Source of the DNA: Candidatus Latescibacterota bacterium
Lineage (GTDB): Bacteria; Latescibacterota; UBA2968
Assembly: GCA_965208125.1 (NCBI GenBank)
Contig: OZ242320.1
Span: 4,544,001-4,608,000 of the forward strand
Direction: 5' to 3'
DNA: 64,000 bases
The notes under the pieces are model-generated. The model saw only the letters and a list, made by a program, of their open reading frames with translations. It had not been told where the DNA came from and searched no databases. How positions within the stretch are numbered: position 1 is the first letter of the stretch; each line of letters starts with the position of its first letter. Positions 45,107 through 53,673 of the stretch are shown here, piece after piece. A program made the translations under genes and the position numbers.

Positions 45107-46471
45107 TTATGGCAGTACGTTTGTTAGGAGTGGATCTGCTTTACGCCAGGGTTTGAGGGCAAATCGGCAGCCCAGGCCTTGCTCAATCTCACGCCATTTC
45201 CCCTCTTCTCTTGGCGTGATAAACGTTACTGCCTTTCCCGAGCGGCCCATGCGGCCAGTCCGTCCGACCCGGTGAGTGAAAAGTTTCTCTGATTCAGGCA
45301 AGTCATAGTTGATGACCTGACCGATGCCCTCAACGTCCAGGCCTCGCGCAGCCACGTTTGTTGCCACCAAAATCGGTGCGGTACCGGAACGGAAGGCCAT
45401 CATCACACGCTCGCGTGCGCTTTGGCTGAGGTCGCCCTGGAGCACTCCTACGGGGTAGCCCAACGTGTCGAGCCGTCTCGCCAGTCTCTTGACGCCGTGT
45501 CTGGTCCTGCCAAAGACGATTACCGGATCGCCGTTCCGCTGGTCCAACTGCGTTTGGAGTGCCTTTATCTTATCTTTTTGCCGGATGGTATAGACCAGGT
45601 GCTCCACAGTGGGCAGTGCTTTAAGGTCGCCGTCTATTTTCACCGTTACAGGGTTGCGCAGATATTTCTTCGCTGTGTTCGCCACCCACTCGGGCATGGT
45701 TGCAGAGAGGAGAGCGGTCTGCCGCCTGGAGGGCGTCTGGCTAAGGATCGCTTCAACATCTTGGGCAAAACCTTTATCCAGCATTTCATCTGCCTCATCA
45801 AGGACCAGGAATTGCACTGATCGCAGGTCTAGCGTGCCCTGTCTTAGATGGTCTAACGTACGGCCCGGGGTCCCAATGATGATCTGGGGCCCGCTCTTCA
45901 GGGCTTTGTACTCTGGCCTCAATGACCGGCCGCCGTACAGTAATGTTACGCGCAACCGCTGCGATGAAGCCAGGGCCTCTGTGACTTTAGCTACCTGAAT
46001 GGCCAACTCCCGCGTAGGCACCAGCACAACTGCCTGGACCCGTCGCACCGATGGGTTCAAGCTCTCTGCCATGGGTACTGCAAACACCAGCGTCTTTCCA
46101 GATCCCGTGCGCGCCTGTCCGATCAAGTCTCGCCTTGCCAGGAGATGGGGGATTGATTTCGCCTGAATGGGCGTAGGCTCTGATATGTTCATCCTGGAAA
46201 TTGCCTCCTTGGTCGCGACTTTCAACGCCATTTTGGGAAACACGGCGGTGATATTAGCAATGGGTTTAGTCGCAGTAAGTGACCTGCTTACGGGGCCTTT
46301 GGTCGGGGAAGAACGGCCGTTGCGACGGTTTTTGAAGCAAGAGCGACAGTACACTGGCCTGCCTGGTCTTAGTCGGAAAGGGACGGTTGTCAATGTATTG
46401 CAATCGGCGCACGCGGTGCGCTTTGCACGGCGAGATGGGCGCGGGTTAGTCGAGCGAGATTTACGAGGCAT
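45107..46471 (-). CDS. DEAD-box RNA helicase with N-terminal CxxC-x17-CxxC zinc ribbon
   Basis: CADC..VPF..RPGRPVYCRSC; PTPIQ, GSGKT, PTRELA, DEAD, SAT, ARGLD, HRVGRTGR; AAGGAG RBS. Confidence 0.95.
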   Translation of the reverse strand: MPRKSRSTNPRPSRRAKRTACADCNTLTTVPFRLRPGRPVYCRSCFKNRRNGRSSPTKGPVSRSLTATKPIANITAVFPKMALKVATKEAISRMNISEPTPIQAKSIPHLLARRDLIGQARTGSGKTLVFAVPMAESLNPSVRRVQAVVLVPTRELAIQVAKVTEALASSQRLRVTLLYGGRSLRPEYKALKSGPQIIIGTPGRTLDHLRQGTLDLRSVQFLVLDEADEMLDKGFAQDVEAILSQTPSRRQTALLSATMPEWVANTAKKYLRNPVTVKIDGDLKALPTVEHLVYTIRQKDKIKALQTQLDQRNGDPVIVFGRTRHGVKRLARRLDTLGYPVGVLQGDLSQSARERVMMAFRSGTAPILVATNVAARGLDVEGIGQVINYDLPESEKLFTHRVGRTGRMGRSGKAVTFITPREEGKWREIEQGLGCRFALKPWRKADPLLTNVLP

Positions 46472-46759
46472 GCGGGAATAGACTCCTTAGTCTAAAGAGA
46501 TGACTCAGCGTGGGGTAAAAATACGAGCAGGGAAAACCGATGAGCTACTGCTGCGAGAAACCCGGTGCGCTAATTATAAAAAAGTGGGTACAAGCAACAA
46601 GCCCCCGATAGGGTCGCACATCGGGAGCTTGCGTTAAATGCGGTGCCGTATAAGAGTTAGCAGTTGGAAGTTTAGCGCCAGCGGTAGGGATCAAATAGAT
46701 GCCCTTAACAGCTATTTGTTTACTATCTGAGCAATGCTAAAATATCATAATAGCCTCTA

Positions 46760-46788
46760 AATATGCGGGGAGTGAATATATCTGTCAA
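46760..46788 (-). promoter_or_regulatory. Promoter of the DEAD-box gene TTGACA-17-CATATT (implies ~280-nt 5' leader)
   Basis: Perfect -35 with 17-nt spacer. Confidence 0.55.
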
Positions 46789-46951
46789 GTGTAATTTTTG
46801 ACATCATTTTGTTCTGAGCCTCGTACGAGTTGAGGCTTGGAAATTTTGAGCCGAATTGCTAATATAGAGATTAAAAAATTAAATTGCCCCACCATTGCGC
46901 TTCGCGCACTTCTCAGGAGAGCAAATATCTCAATAAAATTAAGGATCTGCT

Positions 46952-48697
46952 ATGCACAATATTCTGAAGTTGATGGGTTATATGCGGCCCTATTGGAAGC
47001 AGGCGACTATCGGTCCGCTGCTGAAATTGATCGAGGTGATGCTGGAGTTGATGCATCCCCGGTTGGTACAGCGGATTGTAGATGAGGGGATTGCCAGAGG
47101 AGATCTGGATCTGGTGATTGAGACGGGGTTGTGGATGCTGGGCCTGGCGATTGGGGGCGTTTTGTTTGGAATCGGCAATGCCTGGTTTGGCGTGTGGGTG
47201 GCGCAGCGGGTGGAGACCGATGTGCGAAGCGCGCTTTTTGGCAAAATTCAGTCGCTTTCGTTTGGCAATCTGGATAAGCTGTCAACGGGACATCTGATTA
47301 CGCGACTGACCAACGATGTGCGGCAGGTGGGAGAAGTGGCGCGTTTGATATTGCGCATTCTGTCGCGTATGCCGATGGCGATGGTGGGCGGTCTGGTGAT
47401 GGCGATTGTGACCAGTCCCCGCCTGGGGTTGATGTTTATTGGGCTGGCTCCCGTGATTCTGGGGACTTTGATTCTGGTGTTTCGAAAAGCCAATGCGATG
47501 TTTGGCGAAGTGCAGAATCGCCTGGATCGGGTGAATCAGGTGACGCAGGAAAATCTGGCAGGTGTGCGCGTGGTGAAGGCTTTTTTGAGGGCAGATCACG
47601 AGACCGAACGGTTTGGAACGGCCAATGACAGGTTGATGGAACAGACGATTCGGGTGACGCAACTGGTGGCTCTGGTGATGCCGTTTATGATGCTGCTATT
47701 GAATCTGGGTGTTGTGGGGGTGATCTGGTTTGGGGGTATTGCCGTAACCCAGGGTGGGATGAAGCTGGGCGAGATTATTGCGTTTATCAATTATCTGTTG
47801 CTTTTCTTGCAATCCCTGATGATAGGCAGTATGGTGCTTATCCGGATGTCCCGAGCAGAGGCTTCTGCCGAGCGCATTGTCGAGGTGCTGAATAGCGAGC
47901 CTGAGTTACAGGATCGGGCAGATGCAAAGCGCGATGTGGTGTTGGAGGGGCAGGTTGCGTTTGAAGATGTGACATTTAGCTATAACGAGACGGCAGATGA
48001 TCCGGTATTGCGAAATCTGAGCTTTGTCGCGGAGCCGGGGCAGAAGGTGGCGATTCTGGGTTCGACTGGGGCGGGCAAGTCGTCGCTGGTGAATCTTATA
48101 CCGCGGTTTTACGATGTGGATGCAGGGCGGGTGATGGTGGATGGGATGGATGTGCGCGATGTGGATCAGGGGACGCTGCGACAGCAGATTGGGATGGCAC
48201 TCCAGGAATCGGTGCTTTTTTCGGGTACGATTCGGTACAATATCCGGTACGGACGTCCCGATGCGACCGATGAAGAGGTTGAGGCCGCTGCCCGGGCAGC
48301 TATGGCACACGATTTTATTGTCCAGTTTCCAGATAAGTACGAGACGCTATTGGGGCAGCGCGGCGTGAATCTATCGGGAGGACAGAGGCAGCGGATAGCG
48401 ATAGCCCGGGCGTTGATCTCCCGTCCAAAGGTGTTGATTTTAGACGATAGTACCAGTGCGGTAGATCTGGAGACAGAGGCCGGGATTCACGATGCGCTTG
48501 AACAGATGGTCGGGTGTACGAGTTTTCTGGTGGCGCAGCGGATCAGTACGGTGTTGAAGGCGGATAAGATTCTGGTGCTGGACGATGGTGTGCTGGTTGC
48601 CGAGGGTACGCACCAGGAATTAATGGAATCCAGTTCAGTATATCAGGAGATTTACGATTCACAGCTCGGAGAGGGAAACGGATATGGCGGAAGTTGA
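46952..48697 (+). CDS. Heterodimeric ABC exporter, degenerate subunit (TM287-like)
   Basis: GSTGAGKS, LSGGQRQR, Walker B ILDD, switch VAQR. Confidence 0.93.
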   Translation: MHNILKLMGYMRPYWKQATIGPLLKLIEVMLELMHPRLVQRIVDEGIARGDLDLVIETGLWMLGLAIGGVLFGIGNAWFGVWVAQRVETDVRSALFGKIQSLSFGNLDKLSTGHLITRLTNDVRQVGEVARLILRILSRMPMAMVGGLVMAIVTSPRLGLMFIGLAPVILGTLILVFRKANAMFGEVQNRLDRVNQVTQENLAGVRVVKAFLRADHETERFGTANDRLMEQTIRVTQLVALVMPFMMLLLNLGVVGVIWFGGIAVTQGGMKLGEIIAFINYLLLFLQSLMIGSMVLIRMSRAEASAERIVEVLNSEPELQDRADAKRDVVLEGQVAFEDVTFSYNETADDPVLRNLSFVAEPGQKVAILGSTGAGKSSLVNLIPRFYDVDAGRVMVDGMDVRDVDQGTLRQQIGMALQESVLFSGTIRYNIRYGRPDATDEEVEAAARAAMAHDFIVQFPDKYETLLGQRGVNLSGGQRQRIAIARALISRPKVLILDDSTSAVDLETEAGIHDALEQMVGCTSFLVAQRISTVLKADKILVLDDGVLVAEGTHQELMESSSVYQEIYDSQLGEGNGYGGS

Positions 48698-50534
48698 TCG
48701 ACAGCGCGACGGTGAACAGCAGGGTCCAGGCGGAATGATGATGGGGGGGCGTCGCCGGATGATAATGATGGGTGACGACGAGCGGGCGCGGGATATCCGG
48801 GGAACTACCCGCCGTTTGCTGGGGTATATGAGACGCTACAAGGGGACTTTGATCGGGGTGGTGGGGCTGGTGGTGATCACAACGGGGTTGGAGGTGGCAG
48901 GTCCGTATTTGATGGCGCGCGCGATTGATGAGTATATCGCCTATAGCGACTTGCCGGGCCTTTTTCAAATTACCCTGTTGTTGGCGGGGGTGTATGTGGC
49001 GATGGCACTGACATCCTGGCTTCAGACGTTTATTATGGCACGGGTATCTCAAAGCTCTGTGCGGGATTTGCGACAGGATCTTTTTGATCGCTTGCAGGTG
49101 CTTCCGCTGCGGTTCTTCGACCGGCGTGCCAGTGGCGATATCATGAGCCGGGTGACCAATGATGTGGATAATATCAGCAGTGTGTTGTCGGATAGCGTGA
49201 CGCAGTTGATTAATAGCGTGTTGACCCTGGTGGGCGTGTCGGCCATGATGTTCTGGATGGATTGGCCTCTGGCGTTGATTAGTTTGCTCACCTTTCCGCT
49301 GATGGCGTCTTTGACAGGGCAGGTCGCCAAACGGGCGCGCCGGGGGTTTCGCGAGCAGCAGGCGGCACTGGGTGCGCTCAATGGGATGGTTGAAGAGACA
49401 ATTGCGGCAGAGCAGGTGGTGAAAGCTTATGGACGCGAACAGGCTTCGATTGAGGCGTTTGAAAAGTTCAATAACAGGTTGAAGTACGCTGGTACGCGCG
49501 CGCAGTTTTTCGGGACGCTGATGCCGCCTCTGACCTTTTTTGTGAATAATATGGGTTTGGTGATTGTGGCTTTTGCCGGTGGCTATATGGCGATTCAGGG
49601 CGATGTGACAATAGGTGTGATTGCCGCTTTTATCAGCTATGTGCGGCAGTTTGGACGACCGTTGGGCCAGGTTGCCAATTTGTACAATTCGATACAGTCT
49701 GCACTGGCCGGGGCAGAGCGGGTTTTTGAGACTATTGACGAGTTTCCCGAAGCGCCTGATATGCCAGATGCGGTCGCGTTAGATCAGGTTCGGGGCGATG
49801 TGGTTTTTGATCGGGTGTGTTTTGGTTATGAAAAAGATGTGCCGGTGCTCAAAGAGGTGAGTTTGCACGCCAGGCCGGGAGAGAAGATTGCGCTGGTAGG
49901 ACCGACGGGAGCGGGGAAGACGACCATTGTGAATTTGCTGACCCGGTTCTACGATATCGATAGCGGGGCAATCTATATCGACGGCCATGATATTCGGCAG
50001 GTGAAACGGGAAGCGTTGCGTCGGCAACTGGGTATTGTGTTGCAGGATACTTTTTTGCTGTCTGATACTGTGCGGGAAAATATCCTTTATGGAAGGCTCG
50101 ATGCTTCGGATGAGGAGGTGGTTGATGCGGCAAAATTGGCCAATGCGGATCCCTTTATTCACCGTCTGCCCCAGGGATATGATACGGTGCTTTCGGAACG
50201 CGGCGGCAATTTGAGCCAGGGACAGCGTCAAATGCTGGCTATTGCGAGAGCCGCGCTGGCCGATCCGTCGATTCTCATTTTAGATGAGGCGACCTCCAGC
50301 GTGGATACGCGAACGGAAATGCGGATTCAACAGGCGCTTTTAAGGCTGATGGAGGGACGAACGAGCTTTATTATTGCCCACCGATTGAGCACGATTCGCA
50401 ATGTGGATGAGATTCTGGTTATTGACGATGGACAGATTATTGAACGCGGTTCGCATCGGGCGTTGCTGAAGGCCGAGGGATTTTATTACAATTTGTATAT
50501 GAGCCAGTTTAAGGGAGAGGTCACTTTTGTTTAA
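48684..50534 (+). CDS. Heterodimeric ABC exporter, consensus subunit (TM288-like)
   Basis: GPTGAGKT, LSQGQRQ, ILDEATSSVD, IAHR; overlaps the partner gene. Confidence 0.93.
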   Translation: MAEVDRQRDGEQQGPGGMMMGGRRRMIMMGDDERARDIRGTTRRLLGYMRRYKGTLIGVVGLVVITTGLEVAGPYLMARAIDEYIAYSDLPGLFQITLLLAGVYVAMALTSWLQTFIMARVSQSSVRDLRQDLFDRLQVLPLRFFDRRASGDIMSRVTNDVDNISSVLSDSVTQLINSVLTLVGVSAMMFWMDWPLALISLLTFPLMASLTGQVAKRARRGFREQQAALGALNGMVEETIAAEQVVKAYGREQASIEAFEKFNNRLKYAGTRAQFFGTLMPPLTFFVNNMGLVIVAFAGGYMAIQGDVTIGVIAAFISYVRQFGRPLGQVANLYNSIQSALAGAERVFETIDEFPEAPDMPDAVALDQVRGDVVFDRVCFGYEKDVPVLKEVSLHARPGEKIALVGPTGAGKTTIVNLLTRFYDIDSGAIYIDGHDIRQVKREALRRQLGIVLQDTFLLSDTVRENILYGRLDASDEEVVDAAKLANADPFIHRLPQGYDTVLSERGGNLSQGQRQMLAIARAALADPSILILDEATSSVDTRTEMRIQQALLRLMEGRTSFIIAHRLSTIRNVDEILVIDDGQIIERGSHRALLKAEGFYYNLYMSQFKGEVTFV

Positions 50535-50546
50535 GGGAGAGAAAAA

Positions 50547-51278
50547 ATGTCCTATCGATTAACACCAGAAGATGTGCGGTTCTTTCACGACGAGGGGTAT
50601 CTCGGGCCATATACGATGCATTCGCCAGAAGAAATGGATCGTATTCGGCCTGTTGTTGAGCGTGAAATTTTTGAAGCCGAAGGCCCGTTTCACGTCAATC
50701 GGCAAAAAGCGCGGCATCTCGATAGTCGAACGATCTACGATCTGTGTACACATCCGACAATTATGGATCGGGTAGAAGGCATCCTCGGTCCGGATATCGT
50801 GCTCTGGCAATCCAACTTTTTTAACAAACCCCCCGGTGCCAAAGAAATTCCCTGGCATCAGGATATGAATTTCTGGTCCACCGAAATAGAACCGGGTATC
50901 AATGTTTCTGCCTGGTTAGCCATTGACGATACAGATGTCACCAACAGTTGCGTTCAACTCATGCCGGGGTCGCACCGAAAAATGATTCCGCACATTAAAG
51001 CAACACCTGAACAGGCTTTTCGCCAACAGGGCGATCCCGATCACATCGGTATTGATCCGCATCGCGTTGTGAAGATGAAAATGAAAGCCGGACAATTTTT
51101 CCTATTCACCGAGCGCATGCTCCACTACTCAGCAGCCAATACGTCTGATCGCCGACGCCTGGGATTGGCCATACGCATTACCATTCCGATTGTGCGCTGT
51201 TACAAAAGGTATCACCTTCATCTGGTGCGCGGTGAGGATCGGATGGGATTTAATGTGTATGGAGACGCGCCTGAATAA
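50547..51278 (+). CDS. PhyH-like Fe(II)/2OG dioxygenase (canonical HQD)
   Basis: GYLGPY, PWHQD, PGSH, LHYS..N.S.RR. Confidence 0.9.
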   Translation: MSYRLTPEDVRFFHDEGYLGPYTMHSPEEMDRIRPVVEREIFEAEGPFHVNRQKARHLDSRTIYDLCTHPTIMDRVEGILGPDIVLWQSNFFNKPPGAKEIPWHQDMNFWSTEIEPGINVSAWLAIDDTDVTNSCVQLMPGSHRKMIPHIKATPEQAFRQQGDPDHIGIDPHRVVKMKMKAGQFFLFTERMLHYSAANTSDRRRLGLAIRITIPIVRCYKRYHLHLVRGEDRMGFNVYGDAPE

Positions 51279-51319
51279 TCGGGATTACTAAACGACAATA
51301 TCGAAAACGGTGAAAACCT

Positions 51320-52327
51320 ATGAAAAAAGCCATACTCTATGGTCCGCGAGACCTCCGCATTGAAGAGCACCCGCTTGATACGAGCGCGCTTGGCGCTGAT
51401 GATGTCTGGGTTGAAACGCAGATCAGCGCGTTTAAAATTGGGACAGATCGGGGCAATTTTGAAGGCGCTGATCGCGTACCGGGTGCGCCGGATTATCCGC
51501 GATTTGTTGGCGATAGCAATCTGGGTATTGTCCGCGGCATTGGTGCCGAGGTCACGCGTTTTGAGGTTGGCGACCGCGTTGTGGCGACACAGCCGCACCA
51601 ATCTGAATACATCATAAGCCAGTTTGGTGACATCTTCAAAATACCCCCTGATGCAGATGATGAAGATGCTGTGTATGCACACCTCTATGCGCTCAGCGCA
51701 CATTGTTATCACAAAGCATTATTTAGACCCGGCGAAAATGTCGCCGTTGTTGGTCTGGGTGTTCTCGGCCTGGGAGCAGTCGCTTTAGGTCCTTTGTTTG
51801 GTGCCCGCGTCGTTGGGCTTGGAAATAGTTCCATCAGGTTGGATATGGCAAAGCAAATGGGTGCTCAGGCGGCTTATTTATCAGACGATCCAGACCTCGA
51901 AGAGAAACTCGACGTTTTTACAAATGGAAGAGGCATTGATCTGGTTATTCTTACGGCGAATCCCTGGCCGGCTTTCAGGACATCTGTTGAAATTGTGCGG
52001 CCAAATGGTCGGGTCTCTATTGTCAGTCTTCTGGGGCGGGGCGAACCGCCGCTTGATTTTAATCCTCTGGCAATGGAATGGTTTTACGCCAAGGGGATAT
52101 CTCTGATTGCCGTGCATGGAGAAGATGCCCAATTATATCCGCATGCCGATGCATCGGGTCATTTGGGGCATTGCGATCACGTTCTTTCTCTTATGGCACA
52201 AAAAAAACTTCAGCCCAGCCGTCTTATTACGCACCGTTTGCATTACACGGAAATGGTCCAGGCTTATGAAATGGCCTACGCGCGTGAAAAATCCATGCTG
52301 GGTGTCATATTTAACTGGCGGGAATAG
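51320..52327 (+). CDS. MDR-family dehydrogenase (BchC-like subgroup, no catalytic Cys)
   Basis: ISAFKIGTD, GDRV, GLGVLG, LITHR. Confidence 0.8.
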   Translation: MKKAILYGPRDLRIEEHPLDTSALGADDVWVETQISAFKIGTDRGNFEGADRVPGAPDYPRFVGDSNLGIVRGIGAEVTRFEVGDRVVATQPHQSEYIISQFGDIFKIPPDADDEDAVYAHLYALSAHCYHKALFRPGENVAVVGLGVLGLGAVALGPLFGARVVGLGNSSIRLDMAKQMGAQAAYLSDDPDLEEKLDVFTNGRGIDLVILTANPWPAFRTSVEIVRPNGRVSIVSLLGRGEPPLDFNPLAMEWFYAKGISLIAVHGEDAQLYPHADASGHLGHCDHVLSLMAQKKLQPSRLITHRLHYTEMVQAYEMAYAREKSMLGVIFNWRE

Positions 52328-52330
52328 GCT

Positions 52331-53662
52331 ATGTCACACGATGTCACAAAATCGTTAGAACTGTATAAGAAAGCGGGAGAACGCATTCCGGGTTGGACAC
52401 AACTCATCAGCCGGAGAGCCGATCGGGTTGCAAATGGGGTTAGTCCTCTCTATGTCGCGCGATCAAAAGGCGCGCGATTTGTCGATGTTGACGGCAACGA
52501 GTATATCGATTGGATTCGCGCTTTGGGGGCTATTATTTTGGGCTATGCAGATCCCGTTGTCGATGGTGCTGTAAAAAAGCAGATCGATCTGGGCAGTCTG
52601 CATTCTATGAATAGTGCGCTCGAAATTGAGCTTGCAGATGAGTTGATCAATACCATACCGAGTGCTGAAATGGTGCGCTATACCAAAGGGGGAGGGGAAG
52701 CCTGTGCAGTGGCTGCGCGTATTGCTCGGGGTACGACAAACCGAGATGTCATCCTTTTTTGCGGTTATCACGGATGGCACGATTGGTACCAATCGGCAAA
52801 TTATCTCGTCGATCCCGAGAGTGGAGAATATCCCTTTGCCGGTATTGAACCGATCGGTGTGCCGCGTGCTCTGGCGGGAACGGCGATTCCATTTACCTAT
52901 GGCGATCTCGATATGCTCGGCCGTTTGTTGAACGAATATCAGGGCGAGGTTGCCGCTGTTATGATGGAGCCAGCCCGGTCTGAGTGGCCCGAAGAGGGGT
53001 ATCTCGAAGGGGTCAAAGAGCTTGCCCGCAGGCACAGCGCTTTGCTCATCTTCGACGAAGTCTCCTGTGGCTGGCGCGAGTCTATTGGCGGTATGCAGAA
53101 ATATTTGGGTGTTACGCCAGATATCACGGTGATTGCCAAAGGCATGTCCAATGGGTATCCGATGGGGGCTGTTGTTGGATCGCGCGAGGCGATGGAACCC
53201 GCCAAAGCGATGTTTATTTCCAGTTCGTATTGGAGCGATAATATCGGTCCGATTGCGTCGCTGACCACCATCCGCGAACTCAAAAGGCGAGATAGCGAGA
53301 CACACCTATCCGAAATGGGTCAAAAAGTAGCCAGGGTAATTGACGAAGCCGTCTCATCTGCTGGTCTTTCGGGATCGTGCAAAGGGTTTCCCGCAACGCC
53401 CAATCTGGTGCTCGATTTGCCCGATGAGGCATTGCGTGGCAAGGTTCAGACGCTTTTTATTCAGGAGATGGCTCGCCGAGGTGTGCATTGTTACATGGGT
53501 TTTGGTCCTACGCTTGCACATACCGAAGAGGATGTGCGTATTACTGCTGACGCGGTTGAAGCCTCTTTGCGCGTCATAAAGCAGGGGCTTGAAAATGATT
53601 CTATCGACGATCTGCTCATTTGTGATCTATATTCGGAACCCTTCCGCCGGATTGTTCGATAA
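52331..53662 (+). CDS. Class III aminotransferase (GSA-aminomutase-like)
   Basis: DVDGNEYID, GYHGWHDW, IFDEV, AKGMSNGYP. Confidence 0.9.
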   Translation: MSHDVTKSLELYKKAGERIPGWTQLISRRADRVANGVSPLYVARSKGARFVDVDGNEYIDWIRALGAIILGYADPVVDGAVKKQIDLGSLHSMNSALEIELADELINTIPSAEMVRYTKGGGEACAVAARIARGTTNRDVILFCGYHGWHDWYQSANYLVDPESGEYPFAGIEPIGVPRALAGTAIPFTYGDLDMLGRLLNEYQGEVAAVMMEPARSEWPEEGYLEGVKELARRHSALLIFDEVSCGWRESIGGMQKYLGVTPDITVIAKGMSNGYPMGAVVGSREAMEPAKAMFISSSYWSDNIGPIASLTTIRELKRRDSETHLSEMGQKVARVIDEAVSSAGLSGSCKGFPATPNLVLDLPDEALRGKVQTLFIQEMARRGVHCYMGFGPTLAHTEEDVRITADAVEASLRVIKQGLENDSIDDLLICDLYSEPFRRIVR

Positions 53663-53673
53663 AGGAGTAAAAA

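Noticed and set aside
46952-50534. Degenerate Walker B and switch residues, and a Gly/Met/Arg-rich N-terminus, in the ABC pair
   Set aside because: Normal for TM287/288-type heterodimeric exporters; not pseudogenisation or novelty.
50547-51278. SyrB2-like N-terminus (GYLGPY) suggesting a chlorinating enzyme
   Set aside because: It retains H-Q-D, so a hydroxylase-type iron site is expected.
52331-53662. Call as hemL
   Set aside because: It lacks the usual GGVNSPVR start motif and any tetrapyrrole gene context; left as a class III aminotransferase.
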